From Oceanispirochaeta sp. (GTDB lineage Bacteria; Spirochaetota; Spirochaetia; DSM-2461), in NCBI GenBank assembly GCA_963666275.2, contig CAXXOA010000002.1:704001-768000 (forward strand): a stretch of 64,000 nucleotides of DNA, read 5' to 3'. The notes beneath the pieces are model-generated. The model was not told the DNA's origin. It did not search any database and worked only from the letters and a program-made list of their open reading frames with translations. A program made the translations under genes and the position numbers. Below are positions 20,506-31,557 of this stretch, piece after piece (the stretch's first letter is position 1; every line of letters begins with the position of its first letter).

Positions 20506-21999
20506 TCAGTTTTTCACAACCCGGTTCCTTCCGGATTTTTTCGCTTTGTAGAGAGCTTCATCAGCTCTGTTGAGGATCGCTCTTTCATCAAAATGGTCTG
20601 CTTCTTCCGATGCATTGAAGATCCCGATAGAAACAGTCATAGCTACAGTTCCTTCCGGTAGGAGAAGCGGCGACGACGCGATGTTCCGGCGGATCCGCTC
20701 TGCAATGCTTTCCGAAACATCAGGAGAGTCACAGTCTAACAGTACGGCGAACTCTTCTCCTCCGAACCGTGCCGGGAAGTCTTTATCCCGCAATGTGTGC
20801 TGCATGATCTGGGTGATATGCTTCAGAGCCTGATCTCCCACGCTATGGCCCCAGGTATCGTTGACCTTTTTAAAATGATCAATATCCAGAATCAGCAGGC
20901 TGAAAGGGGAGCCCTCTTCCCTGAGTTTCCGGATCATCTGAGAGAACCGGTTATCAAAGGAGCCCCGGTTGGGTATTCCCGTAAGGGGATCAAAAGTCGC
21001 CTTGTGGTAGAGCTCTTCCTCCATTTTCTTACGTTCCGGAATATCTATGATAATACCAGCCATTTTCTCCATATGGCCTTCAGTGTCCAGGCTGATCCTG
21101 GCGATGACTTCGCTCCATATATACTCACTGTCTCGGAGGATTCTCAGGTCCTGACGAAAGTGCTGCTCCCCGGAATGGCGCTGCTTCCGCAGATACCGGA
21201 AAGCTTTTTTCAGATCTGCAGGGTGAATGTATTTCAGAGTCTGCAGCAGGGGCTGGTGAAGATTCTCGCTGAGGCCTTTGACTCTGGAAACAATTTTCGA
21301 GTTGAACCAGCAGTACCCGGTGTTGACATCCAGTTCCCAGGCACTGGATTCCATAAGATTGGACAGGATCTCAAACTGTTTGCTGGTGGAGCTTAATCGG
21401 TTTCGGAGAACTGCGTCTGAGAGCAGATGGGCTGTCATCCGCAGCAGGGCAATTTCTTCATCACTCCACTGGCAGGGGGTGGTACAGTCATCCAGCCCCA
21501 GGAGGCCCCACCACTCACCCTGAACCATAACGGGAATGCTGACGGTGGACAGGACTCCCTGGGCTGTCTGATAGTCCTTGAAATCGCTCTCTTCCAGTTC
21601 CGGAATGTTAGCCGTTTGCCACTCTCCCCGTCTGCGGCTTTCTACAAGAGCCCGGTAAGTGGGAGAGCAGGTATCGAATCTCCAGTGCTTCGTATCAAAA
21701 TTCGGTCTTTTCTTCAGGGCATGCTTCTGGTCATCCACCCATTCAAAAGGGAAATTCATAAGCATGTGTTTGTCGCTGAGTTCCAGGACCTGAAACAGCC
21801 AGACCCTGTTCACCCCTGTGATCCGGCCCAGGTCCGCTATCAGATCAGACACCCCATCGGGCCATCCCTTACCGCTGCTCAGTGCTTCCGCTCCGCGGGC
21901 CAGGGCTGCCAGAAGGCTATGTTCCCTGTCAGGCTTCAGGGGAGAAAGCCCGGTTATTGTACCGGTACGGACACCGGGTATCTTTTTATCTGTACTCAT
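20506..21999 (-). CDS. GAF-PAS diguanylate cyclase
   Basis: GAF region (IPVMVQGEWWGLLGLDD), PAS (IHPAD), RDKD I-site plus RFGGEEF. Confidence 0.9.
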   Translation of the reverse strand: MSTDKKIPGVRTGTITGLSPLKPDREHSLLAALARGAEALSSGKGWPDGVSDLIADLGRITGVNRVWLFQVLELSDKHMLMNFPFEWVDDQKHALKKRPNFDTKHWRFDTCSPTYRALVESRRRGEWQTANIPELEESDFKDYQTAQGVLSTVSIPVMVQGEWWGLLGLDDCTTPCQWSDEEIALLRMTAHLLSDAVLRNRLSSTSKQFEILSNLMESSAWELDVNTGYCWFNSKIVSRVKGLSENLHQPLLQTLKYIHPADLKKAFRYLRKQRHSGEQHFRQDLRILRDSEYIWSEVIARISLDTEGHMEKMAGIIIDIPERKKMEEELYHKATFDPLTGIPNRGSFDNRFSQMIRKLREEGSPFSLLILDIDHFKKVNDTWGHSVGDQALKHITQIMQHTLRDKDFPARFGGEEFAVLLDCDSPDVSESIAERIRRNIASSPLLLPEGTVAMTVSIGIFNASEEADHFDERAILNRADEALYKAKKSGRNRVVKN

Positions 22000-22295
22000 G
22001 ATTTCAATAGCTCTGCTCTTATTCTCATGGAGTCATCAGAGCGTCTGCTATTCTCGGGGAGAGACTGAAAAATCAGATCCGGGCAGACTGACTACCATGA
22101 GCTTCTTACGTAATCTTAAAAAAATTAGATCATTGATCTTACTAATAATATATGGGAAACAGATAAAAAATGGTATGTAAAATCTGTAAATCCTTATTTT
22201 TCTTCTTCTGCTTCCCTGAAATCCGGCCGATTGAATCAGCTCTTTTTTCAGGCAGAAAAATTGACTCTCAGAAAGAAAAAATTACAATTGTAGGA

Positions 22296-23054
22296 ATGGA
22301 AACAATTTTTTTTATTCCGGGTATGTGGACAGGGAAAGCCGCTTTCCCCCACTTTACGAACTATTTCACAGAGAAAGGCTATCGCTGTATAAACTCTGTA
22401 CTCAGATATCATGACATAGAGCCCGGAGAGAAGCCTGACCGGTTGCTGGCTACCACAGGTATTAAAGATTATGTGGATGATCTTGAAAAAGAGTTCAGAG
22501 CGATCGAGGGTCCCGTCATTATCCTGGGTCATTCCATGGGTGGGCTGCTGGCTCAGCTCCTTTGTGAGCGGGTCTCTCCGGAGAAGCTCATTCTTTTCAG
22601 TTCTGCTCCCCCCCTGGGAATTGCCGCCCTTTCCTATTCGGTGGTAAAAACCTATCTGGGGATTTTTTTCAAGCCCTTTTTCTGGAAAAGAAGTCACAAG
22701 CTCTCTTTTAAACGGGCCTGTTATGCGATCCTGAATAATCTGGGGCCGGAAGAGCAGAAGAAGGAGTACGGCAATTTTGTCTATGAGTCTGGAAAAGCCA
22801 TGCGTGAAATAGGATTACCCCAGTTCTCCCGTCAAAAAGTGACAAAGGTTGATCCTGATAAAATTCACTGCCCTGTTCTGGTCATTCATGGCAGGGAAGA
22901 CCGTATTGTTCCCTCTAAAACCGGAGAGATGATTGCACAAAAATATAAAGATGTTGCCACTTTGAAACTGATAGAAAATAGGGCGCACCTGATCGAAATT
23001 GAAGAAGGTTGGGAAGAGGTTGCCGATTATATCTATTCCTGGATTCGAGCATGA
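22296..23054 (+). CDS. Alpha/beta hydrolase
   Basis: GHSMGG nucleophile elbow, HGREDRIV, RAH; start ATG 22296. Confidence 0.87.
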   Translation: METIFFIPGMWTGKAAFPHFTNYFTEKGYRCINSVLRYHDIEPGEKPDRLLATTGIKDYVDDLEKEFRAIEGPVIILGHSMGGLLAQLLCERVSPEKLILFSSAPPLGIAALSYSVVKTYLGIFFKPFFWKRSHKLSFKRACYAILNNLGPEEQKKEYGNFVYESGKAMREIGLPQFSRQKVTKVDPDKIHCPVLVIHGREDRIVPSKTGEMIAQKYKDVATLKLIENRAHLIEIEEGWEEVADYIYSWIRA

Positions 23055-23209
23055 TTGTTAATATTCCCCGGAATGACTGATCAGAGTGATATTGAGCTGT
23101 TTTTGCCGAAATTCTCTTGACTCTTTTTTCTTATTGTTTCAGAGTTTGGAAACTAAGAATATAATACTATTTATATATTGCGTCTATGCTATAAAAAGGG
23201 GTTGAAGAC

Positions 23210-24388
23210 ATGAGAGATAAGCGGAATATTATGCTTTTGACATTGGGACTGCTTGCGTTCCTTACAAATGGAGACAACTATGCGGCGGCGCCTCTGCTGC
23301 TGAATATATCCCGGGACCTGGGTCTGGAGTTGCCGAAAGCTGCTCTTTCTGTGACAGCCTATATGCTCTCTTTCGGTCTGTTTACACTGATTTTCGGACC
23401 TCTTTCCGACAGATTCGGGAAAGTTGCTATCATCAGAGTTGCCGCCTTTGGAACAGCCATCTTCAGTATTGTCGGAGGTTTTGCCTTCAATCTGCCCAGT
23501 CTGATCGTGTTCAGAAGTTTCAACGGGGCCTTCGGAGCCGGTATTTTTCCCGTTACGATGGCTCTGGTGGGTCAGTCCTTCAGTGATAAAGAAAGGCAGG
23601 GGGCCCTGGGAAAGGTCATGGGGCTGATGTTTCTGGGCGGGGCCACCGCAACAGCCCTGGGCGGTATCATCTCCTATTTCGGATCCTGGCGGCTTGTGTA
23701 TATCCTATATGGAGTGGGAGAACTTATTATTGCTTTCGCCATTCTGAAAATCCTTGAAAAAGACAAAAGTGTTGTGGAAAAACTGAATTTTCTGGAAGCC
23801 TATAAGACACCTTTCTCCAATTACCGGTTTATGAGGCTGGTCCTTGTGATTTTCCTTGTGGGATTTACTGTGTTCGGCAGCTTTACCTACTCGGGTAAGC
23901 TCCTTCAGTCTCTGACGGGGTTTTCAGTCCTTCAGGTGGGACTGATCCTCTCTTTCTTTGGACTGGGAACTGTCTTCGGAGGGAGGATCGCTCCCAGAGC
24001 CAGAATGATTCTGAAACACGGTTTCCTCGTTACCGCCGGAATCCTTGGGTTTGCGGGACTCTATGCTCTGTCAGTCCTGAATAATGTGTACTTCCTGGCG
24101 CTGGCTCTGTTCGGTTTTGGCGTGGCTTTTATTTTTCTCCAATCTACCCTTGTGGCAACGGCCCAGGCAAAGCTGCCGGCAATGCGCGGAACCGCTATGT
24201 CCCTGGCATCATTTAACATGTTTGTCGGGGGCGCTGTGGGAACTGCAGTCAATGGAAAGATCATGGCCGCGTTTGGTATCAGTTCCATTTTTTTCAATGC
24301 TTCCTTCGTCATTCTCATAGCCGGCCTGATTGCCTCGGTATTCATTGCCCGGTTCGAGATGAGGCAGAGGCTGGTAAAGGTCTCTTAA
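23210..24388 (+). CDS. MFS transporter
   Basis: About 12 TM segments, GPLSDRFGK motif A. Confidence 0.9.
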   Translation: MRDKRNIMLLTLGLLAFLTNGDNYAAAPLLLNISRDLGLELPKAALSVTAYMLSFGLFTLIFGPLSDRFGKVAIIRVAAFGTAIFSIVGGFAFNLPSLIVFRSFNGAFGAGIFPVTMALVGQSFSDKERQGALGKVMGLMFLGGATATALGGIISYFGSWRLVYILYGVGELIIAFAILKILEKDKSVVEKLNFLEAYKTPFSNYRFMRLVLVIFLVGFTVFGSFTYSGKLLQSLTGFSVLQVGLILSFFGLGTVFGGRIAPRARMILKHGFLVTAGILGFAGLYALSVLNNVYFLALALFGFGVAFIFLQSTLVATAQAKLPAMRGTAMSLASFNMFVGGAVGTAVNGKIMAAFGISSIFFNASFVILIAGLIASVFIARFEMRQRLVKVS

Positions 24389-24509
24389 CACCGTTTCTCT
24401 CCTTACCCGGGGAAAACCCCCGGGAATGGCTTCTTCCCCTTTTCCGGACCGGGTATAATTGATTTATTGTATCCCTCTGCAGATCCCATCCCGGGAAAGG
24501 AAAGAAGCC

Positions 24510-25838
24510 GTGATCAGCAATGAAAATGTATACGAACAGATAGAAAGCCTCAGCGAGAACCTTCAGGAGTACATCCTTCAGATGAGGCGGGATTTTCATC
24601 AATTCCCCGAACCGGGCTGGCTGGAAGTCAGGACTTCATCGCTGATTGCCCGGGAACTGCACCGGATGGGATATGAGGTTTTAACAGGAGAGGATGTCTG
24701 TCTGAAGGAGGCCCGGATGGGGGTTCCATCCCGGGATGTGCTGGACCGGGAGTACGAACGCGCCCTGGCGCAGGGAGCGGATGAATCCTTTGCGGTAACA
24801 ATGCGGGACGGTATGACCGGGGTTATCGGTCTTCTGAAAAATGGTTCCGGCCCTACAACAGCCCTCCGCTTTGATCTGGATGCTCTGAGGGTTCAGGAAA
24901 GCGGGGACCCCGGCCATGGCCCCTGCAGAGAAGGTTTCGACTCAGTCAATGAGGGATACATGCATGCCTGCGGACATGACGGCCATGCCGCCCTGGGCCT
25001 GGGAGTCGCTGAAGTGCTCATGGAAATCCGCCATGAGTGGCAGGGAACCCTCAAGCTTATATTTCAACCCGCCGAAGAAGGGGTCCGGGGAGCAAAAGCC
25101 CTTGTTGAGAAGGGGCATCTCGATCATGTGGACTATCTGATCGGGGCCCATATTTCTGAATCAGAAGGGTATGACGGGGATTTCATTCCGGGATCCCATG
25201 GCGCCCTGGCAACGACAAAACTGGATGTGGTCTTCCATGGAAAGGGCGCCCATGCCGGATCGGCACCCCAGACAGGGAGGCATGTCATGCTGGGCGTTGC
25301 CGCGGCCATAAGCAATTTATATGGAATTCCAAGGACCGGCGCCGGGGCATCAAGGATTAACGTGGGAACCCTTAAAGCCGGGAGGGGGAGGAATATCATT
25401 GCGGACAATGCAGAAATGGAGATAGAGGTAAGAGGCGAAACTTCACAGATAAATCAGTACATGGAGGATTATGCCAGGAGAATCATTGCTTCATCTGCCC
25501 AGATGCATGGACTCTCCTGTGAAATCAGAGAGATGGGATCCGCACTGACTCTCAGCAGTGACAAAGACCTGATAGAAAGAGTCAGAACCATTTGCCGTGA
25601 AAATCTTGCTTCTGTTAAAGTCTCCTCTTTGGACAGTATGCATTTTGAAGAAAGCGAAGACTTTTCCATTATGATGAAGAGGGTGCAGGAAAAGGGGGGA
25701 TCCGCGACGTTTATGCGGCTCCTTTCTCCACTTGCCGATGTGCTCCACGGGAAAGAATTTGATTTTGATGAATCCTGTCTGATCCAGGGTGTAAAAGTCT
25801 TTGCCGCTGTTTGCCATGATCTGCTGCAGGACAATTGA
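24510..25838 (+). CDS. M20-family amidohydrolase (AbgA-like)
   Basis: RRDFHQFPE, MHACGHDGH, FQPAEEG, SEDF; GTG start about 24510. Confidence 0.88.
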   Translation: MISNENVYEQIESLSENLQEYILQMRRDFHQFPEPGWLEVRTSSLIARELHRMGYEVLTGEDVCLKEARMGVPSRDVLDREYERALAQGADESFAVTMRDGMTGVIGLLKNGSGPTTALRFDLDALRVQESGDPGHGPCREGFDSVNEGYMHACGHDGHAALGLGVAEVLMEIRHEWQGTLKLIFQPAEEGVRGAKALVEKGHLDHVDYLIGAHISESEGYDGDFIPGSHGALATTKLDVVFHGKGAHAGSAPQTGRHVMLGVAAAISNLYGIPRTGAGASRINVGTLKAGRGRNIIADNAEMEIEVRGETSQINQYMEDYARRIIASSAQMHGLSCEIREMGSALTLSSDKDLIERVRTICRENLASVKVSSLDSMHFEESEDFSIMMKRVQEKGGSATFMRLLSPLADVLHGKEFDFDESCLIQGVKVFAAVCHDLLQDN

Positions 25839-25970
25839 ATTCCCGGACAGCACAATGCCCTGTCTCTGACTATAAACCCTTTGAAAGTATTTTAACCCCT
25901 CTGCCGTGGGAAGTGTGTTTGAAAAATTACTGAGCAGACACTAACGTTAAAGATAAGGAGTTTATTATTT

Positions 25971-26366
25971 ATGCCTTTGTTGAAATGGGATGATTCTTAT
26001 AGTACGGGAATAGAAAGGATGGATGATCAGCATAAAAAATGGATAAACATAATAAACAGGTTTTATGATGATCTGAACAATGTGGGATTTAAGGATAATA
26101 CTAAAAAGCTTCTGGACGATGCGATTGAGTATACCCATCATCATTTTTCACAGGAGGAAGAACTGATGAAAAAGATGAACTATCCCAAACTTGCTGAACA
26201 TCATGCCGAGCATGAAAGGATCAAGAAAAAACTGGTTGATTTTAAACAGGCTCTTGAGAAAGGAGCTCTTAATGTCTCTCAACCAATAACAAATGAATTG
26301 AAAAACTGGTTTAGAGAGCATGTTACTGCTCTTGATAAAGAGTATGGGGATTATTCAAAGCTCTGA
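25971..26366 (+). CDS. Single-domain bacteriohemerythrin
   Basis: W..SYSTG, DDQHK, HFSQEE, HHAEH, EHVTALD iron ligands. Confidence 0.92.
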   Translation: MPLLKWDDSYSTGIERMDDQHKKWINIINRFYDDLNNVGFKDNTKKLLDDAIEYTHHHFSQEEELMKKMNYPKLAEHHAEHERIKKKLVDFKQALEKGALNVSQPITNELKNWFREHVTALDKEYGDYSKL

Positions 26367-26448
26367 ACTGTAATCTTCTTCTCTCTGCGGAAGGGACTTT
26401 TAGATAAGGCAGCCTTGCCGGCCCCTCCCGCAGTGGAAGGACGCCGTC

Positions 26449-26982
26449 TTAAATTGACGGTGTGGTTATACCCTGTTTCGAGAAGGTTTTGACAATTTTC
26501 TGGTAAAACATATTGTTGGGAACATGGGTGAGGTTCCCTTCAGAGTCACTGAGAACCACAAAAAAGCCGTTGATATCCTTGACCTTGCCTGAGATACCAT
26601 CGGGTAGAATTTCAATATCATCATCGACCTTGAAGGGCCGGAAAAAGAAAAGAATGACTCCGGCAAAAATATTGCTCAGGATACTCCAGACAGCAAAAAA
26701 ACCAATTGCGATGAGTCCTATGAATCCGGCAATAGAAACCCAGGCATTTTCAAAGGAGACTCCCCAGAGGATTATCAGGCCGATAATCGCAGCCATATTG
26801 AAAGCAATGGTTTTGGTTTTATGCATGGCCAGATTCCGGGGCTGGGACATCCTGTTTTTTCTGACATAGCTGTCAATGCCTTTCTGGGCGATTTTCTGGA
26901 GGAGTAAGTCTAAAAACAGAATTCCCAATGAAATGAATCCCTTAATCAGGATTGTTGAACTGATATTTATATTCTCTAACAT
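26449..26982 (-). CDS. Small-conductance mechanosensitive channel (MscS family)
   Basis: LSNIFAG, RPFKVDD, HVPNN. Confidence 0.85.
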   Translation of the reverse strand: MLENINISSTILIKGFISLGILFLDLLLQKIAQKGIDSYVRKNRMSQPRNLAMHKTKTIAFNMAAIIGLIILWGVSFENAWVSIAGFIGLIAIGFFAVWSILSNIFAGVILFFFRPFKVDDDIEILPDGISGKVKDINGFFVVLSDSEGNLTHVPNNMFYQKIVKTFSKQGITTPSI

Positions 26983-27272
26983 AATAGTTAGTATACTAAA
27001 TAAAAAACAGGATGTCACCCTAATAGATATTTTTCCTTTGAAAGGGGTCTGATCGAATTTATAGCTTTATAACGGGTTTTTTACCCTTTATATTAAAAAT
27101 CATTCCGAAAATTTTTAGCTATTTGACTCTCTTTAAAGCTAAGGCTGCTAATTAGTTCAGGTTTTAATTCCCATCCGGGAAGTATAAATCCACAAGGGCT
27201 CTATCTTATTATTCAATACCGTCTATAATGGGGCATACTCCGAAAAAATTCTCAGGAGTAAAAGGTCACAAC

Positions 27273-27518
27273 ATGCCATCAAAAGCCGATTCTCTTAAAA
27301 AACAGATTCTGGAAGCCATTCAAAATGATGATGCTCCTATCATCATGACATCTGTTTTAGTCTCCGTCGTGAAAAAAGGGTCATTTTTCTCTCCCTCTCT
27401 GGAAGTTCAGCTCAGCGGAAGGGTTGATAAAGAGAGTGATAAGGTCGCCATTGAACGGATTGCCGCAGAAACAGCCGGAAATACACCGGTGGTCAGTACT
27501 CTCCGTTTCAAACCCTGA
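27273..27518 (+). CDS. Small hypothetical protein, BON-like
   Basis: VQLSGRVDKESDKVAIERIA...VVSTL resembles a BON domain; RBS AGGAG upstream. Confidence 0.5.
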   Translation: MPSKADSLKKQILEAIQNDDAPIIMTSVLVSVVKKGSFFSPSLEVQLSGRVDKESDKVAIERIAAETAGNTPVVSTLRFKP

Positions 27519-27625
27519 TAAACACAGGGCCTATTCCCCCGATGACACGCTCCTGATTTTCGGGAGATCTCTCACACGGATTTTCCTGTAAAAGAAAGGA
27601 TCCGTTTAAATGGGGAAATCTGAAT

Positions 27626-28819
27626 CTACTCTTTTCTGACCCTGTTGCGGCCGTCTATTTTGGCTTTGTAAAGGCGGTGGTCAGACAGTTTTAAAAGCTC
27701 TTCCCTGTCATAGGCTTCAGTCCAGGCGGCGACTCCGAGGCTGACGGTAACCTGCCCCACGTTTTCAAATGTATATGCTTCTATCCCTGCCCGGATCCGT
27801 TCTGCGAGTCTTGCTGCCTGATCTATACTGCTCAGCCGTACGATTATAAGGAATTCCTCGCCGCCCCATCTCCCGCAGATATCAAGTTCCCTGACATTTT
27901 CCTGAATAAGTTGGGCGATGGTCTTCAGAACCCGATCACCCACATCGTGTCCATGTGTGTCGTTCACAAGTTTGAAGTGGTCCACATCAAGCAGTATGAG
28001 GGAAAAATCATTATGATAGCGTTTACAGAGAGCAACCTCTTCAGAAAGAGCTTCTTCAAGTTTACGGCGGTTATATATGGATGTGAGAGAATCGTATGTG
28101 GATATATGCTTCAATTCTTCATTGATAACTGATATTTCTGAATTCTTTTCTTCAAGCCGTCTGTTGGCATCTTCAATTGTTTTTGCATTGAGAAATATTT
28201 TTACAAACCGGCTGTATTGCACGACTGCTATCAGCCACGCGAGAATCCCGTTTGAAATGACATCTGCCACAATGACCTGGCTCATTTTGTCCGGATAAAT
28301 GACAGGAAGCAAAGAAAGGACACTGAGGGAAAGCAGAAAATACAGGATGAAGCTTTGCATGTATGAGAGATAGAAAAATACAGAAATGACATAGATGACC
28401 GCAAGGTAGATCGTCGGGAGACGCAGTCCGTCAAAATCCACCAGAAAAAGCCGCATAAGAATAATTCCGATGCCTGCCAATCCTGGAATCAGTTCGAAGA
28501 CCTTATGAAAGAGACGGATCCTGCGTTTTTTGCTTCGGGTTTTGAGAAAATAGAGAGAGGCAGCAGCAACAACGCCCATGGAACAGGATGTCATTAAATA
28601 TATCTTCTGCAGCATGGATTGGGATTGAGAAACAATAAGGGCATAAAGAAACTGTTCAATGAATAGGAACAGGGAAATTGAAAAAATTCTGTAAATATTC
28701 TGGTTGAATTTATAACTGTAATAATCTGATCTCAGATCTGAAGGGATGCCGGGAAATAGAGAACCGGGTATTTTTGAAATAAAATCTTTTACCGTCACTG
28801 TTCTCTCCCTGATAATCAC
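27626..28819 (-). CDS. Membrane-bound diguanylate cyclase
   Basis: About 6 TM segments, coiled coil, RELD I-site, RWGGEEF. Confidence 0.9.
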   Translation of the reverse strand: MIIRERTVTVKDFISKIPGSLFPGIPSDLRSDYYSYKFNQNIYRIFSISLFLFIEQFLYALIVSQSQSMLQKIYLMTSCSMGVVAAASLYFLKTRSKKRRIRLFHKVFELIPGLAGIGIILMRLFLVDFDGLRLPTIYLAVIYVISVFFYLSYMQSFILYFLLSLSVLSLLPVIYPDKMSQVIVADVISNGILAWLIAVVQYSRFVKIFLNAKTIEDANRRLEEKNSEISVINEELKHISTYDSLTSIYNRRKLEEALSEEVALCKRYHNDFSLILLDVDHFKLVNDTHGHDVGDRVLKTIAQLIQENVRELDICGRWGGEEFLIIVRLSSIDQAARLAERIRAGIEAYTFENVGQVTVSLGVAAWTEAYDREELLKLSDHRLYKAKIDGRNRVRKE

Positions 28820-29043
28820 TTCCCACCTTTATTAAATGACTGCAGCAAATCCGGCTTATAAAATGGTATCCTCAAGCCTATAGGGAATACTGTTTTATGC
28901 CAATACCAGTCTGACCCAGATGGGCCAGCTGAAATGGAAGAGTCCCGGTTTTTCCGGTGAGCCCTGAGGAATAAGAATGCTAAAAGGCATTGATTCTGAT
29001 CCGTTTTCACCCTATTTTTATTTAAAGAGAGTAGATCTTAAAA

Positions 29044-29787
29044 ATGGCCAGCAAAAGTAGGACATCCGATTCCCGGATAACAATGAAACAGAATCCGCGA
29101 TTCCCTGGAATTGAGGTTAAATCGGGAAAAAACCAATTTTCCCGTCATGCCCATATTCACCAGGCCTGGTCTTTCAGTTTTGTGCTGAAAGGGCAAACCC
29201 GTGTTTCATTGGGTACAGGAAAACTTGAGCTCAGTAAAAATCAGTTTATTGCGGTACCTCCGGGGGTCCCTCATCTTTGTTCTCCCGAAATTGACTCGGG
29301 TTTCAGTTTTACTGTTCTCTATCTACCGTCAGAGTATCTTGGTCTCCATGATTCTGAATTCAGACAGATCAGATCCGGAGAAATAGAAGCGGCCGTTGTC
29401 GATGATCTTGTCATACAGTTCCTTCAGAGTCATAGTGATAAGGATCTGGAAATCAGCAGGGAGAAGCTAAGGCATATTCTGGTTGGGAACAGTTCGGTAT
29501 TATTCGACAGCAGGGAATATAACTTTCTGGATCCGGAATCCGGATCTATGGAAAGAATTACCCAAGGCAGCCGGTTTCAGGAGTATCGATATGCCCGGAA
29601 AACTTTCGGTATCGGCATGAAAAAAATCTCTACGATTGAAAAGATGGAAAGAGCTAAAAAGCTCCTGTCTGATGAAGAGGATCTGGCAGACATCGCACTG
29701 CGCTGCGGATTCTATGATCAAAGCCATTTTTCCAGGGTTTTTAAGCTCTATACAGGTTTTACTCCCGCCAGTTATCTTAAAAAATAA
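29044..29787 (+). CDS. AraC-family regulator with cupin domain
   Basis: HAHIH...PPGVPH cupin; DIALRCGFYDQSHFSRVFK; start may be 29083. Confidence 0.88.
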   Translation: MASKSRTSDSRITMKQNPRFPGIEVKSGKNQFSRHAHIHQAWSFSFVLKGQTRVSLGTGKLELSKNQFIAVPPGVPHLCSPEIDSGFSFTVLYLPSEYLGLHDSEFRQIRSGEIEAAVVDDLVIQFLQSHSDKDLEISREKLRHILVGNSSVLFDSREYNFLDPESGSMERITQGSRFQEYRYARKTFGIGMKKISTIEKMERAKKLLSDEEDLADIALRCGFYDQSHFSRVFKLYTGFTPASYLKK

Positions 29788-29837
29788 TCCGCACATTTCT
29801 CCAATACAGATCATCGCTGATCCTCTATTCTTTTGCT

Positions 29838-30494
29838 ATGAATACATCCGTTTTTCCCCTGGTTATCACAGTTATTTTCGCCCATTTCCTGGCGCTTTTA
29901 AGTCCCGGCCCTGATTTCATGCTGCTTGTGAAGAGTGGAATCAGAAACAGATTACGAAGTGCCCTGGGGCTGTCTGTAGGGATCGCCTGCGCTAACGCTG
30001 TGTATATTCTCCTATGCATCATCGGTCTGGGTGAGTTCCTTACGAAATCTCTTTTCCTGCTCCGTCTTGTGAAAGCTTCGGGAGGAGTCTTTCTGCTGTA
30101 TATTGCAGTGTCTGCCCTGAAATCCGGAAAGGAAAAATATCATTTTAAGCAGGAAATTCAGACCTCAACGGGAGGGAAAGAAAAGTTTCACTCCGAGTTT
30201 CTGGCCGGTTTTCTGTCGGGCATTACAAATCCCAAAAATCTTGTTTTCTATTTAAGCCTCTTCTCAATGGTTCTTTCTGCCGGAACGGGTAAAGGGCTGA
30301 AGATCGGTCTGGGAGTCTGGATGACCTGTCTTGTCTTTTTCTGGGACAGTATGATTCTCATGGTTCTGTCCCGGGAGCCGGTGCGTAAGGCCTTTTCGGG
30401 TGTTGTCTACTACATCGATAAAACCGCGGGGATTATCATAGCTGGCCTGGGGGTGAAGCTCATAATCTCGGCTGTGAAAGATCACAGCATATGA
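29838..30494 (+). CDS. LysE/RhtB-family exporter
   Basis: LSPGPDF, TNPKNLVF. Confidence 0.92.
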   Translation: MNTSVFPLVITVIFAHFLALLSPGPDFMLLVKSGIRNRLRSALGLSVGIACANAVYILLCIIGLGEFLTKSLFLLRLVKASGGVFLLYIAVSALKSGKEKYHFKQEIQTSTGGKEKFHSEFLAGFLSGITNPKNLVFYLSLFSMVLSAGTGKGLKIGLGVWMTCLVFFWDSMILMVLSREPVRKAFSGVVYYIDKTAGIIIAGLGVKLIISAVKDHSI

Positions 30495-30668
30495 TTACTG
30501 TTGGCAGACTCCGGAATCAATCAGGCCCTTCCGGAACAGACCCCTCCGTTTTTGTAAAGCATAGCATAGTCAGTTTATACTAGTCGGTCATTGGTGGGAG
30601 GAACGTCTGTTCATCTATAGGAACTTCCTTCCTGTTTCTGTATACTGAATCTCATTCAGGAGGAACTG

Positions 30669-31472
30669 ATGGACTCTGTCCCGCAAATTTCCAGAACGAT
30701 TCAGCTTGGCTACCGATCGGTATTTCAGGACGGGCGTATTGCTCCGGCTCTTCTCTGGGAGGAGCTGGAAGAAACTGCAGAACAGCACTGCCGCGCCATA
30801 GGTCAAAATGTTTTTTCACTTCTCAGGAGGAATGAAGCCTGGGTGCTGAAAAGCGGACGCTCCCGTATGATCCGCTACCCCGGTTATGGGGAGTCCATTG
30901 AAATTACAAGCCATATTCGAAAGATGGACAGATTCAAAGGGTTCAGAGAGTTTGTTCTCCGGGATACGGCAGGCAGGATTCTGGGAGAGGTTTCCACCCT
31001 CTGGACGTATATGGATCTTGAAAAAAGGGCACTGAAACCAATTCCTGAAGTTTTCAACCGGAAATGGGGCTGTCTCCCCGGTATCTCTGAAATAGAGCCT
31101 CCCCGGAAAAAAGATTTCCTTCCCCTTACCGACTGCTTCAGTGAAACATTCAAAGTCAGAAGGCGTGATATAGACTCCAGCGCCCATGTTCATAATATCC
31201 GCTACCTCGAGTGGCTTATGGAATCAGTCCCGCATGGCCTCTACAGAGATTCTCAGATTTCAGATTTTTCGATCCTGTATCTGAAGGAGCTGGCTCCGGG
31301 AGCTTCCGTTCAGGTCAGAACCCAGGCCCTCGGTGGAGACTCTTTCCGGCACGACTATTTTGATGCCCATACTGGAATCCTCCTCTGCCGGGCCGCATCG
31401 CACTGGAAGAGTAAAGTCTCTTTGTACGGCATGCAGGAAGCCGAATCCCTTCCCATGGTCAGTTCCGGCTGA
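30669..31472 (+). CDS. Acyl-ACP thioesterase family protein
   Basis: Double hot-dog fold; DIDSSAHVHNIRYLEW; RBS AGGAGG. Confidence 0.87.
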   Translation: MDSVPQISRTIQLGYRSVFQDGRIAPALLWEELEETAEQHCRAIGQNVFSLLRRNEAWVLKSGRSRMIRYPGYGESIEITSHIRKMDRFKGFREFVLRDTAGRILGEVSTLWTYMDLEKRALKPIPEVFNRKWGCLPGISEIEPPRKKDFLPLTDCFSETFKVRRRDIDSSAHVHNIRYLEWLMESVPHGLYRDSQISDFSILYLKELAPGASVQVRTQALGGDSFRHDYFDAHTGILLCRAASHWKSKVSLYGMQEAESLPMVSSG

Positions 31473-31557
31473 AGCTGTGATTGTGAGGACCGCTCCAGGG
31501 GCTGAATCATCATGTAGAATTTCCGGGGAGCCTGGACTCCCCGGAGAATGAGCATTT

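Noticed and set aside
21995..22045. CTGATGA...GAAA on the minus strand (hammerhead core) or CTGATGACTCC (fluoride riboswitch 3' end)
   Set aside because: Stem II closing pair and stems I/III are absent; no GGnGATGGnGTTCnCC 5' element and no fluoride-related gene
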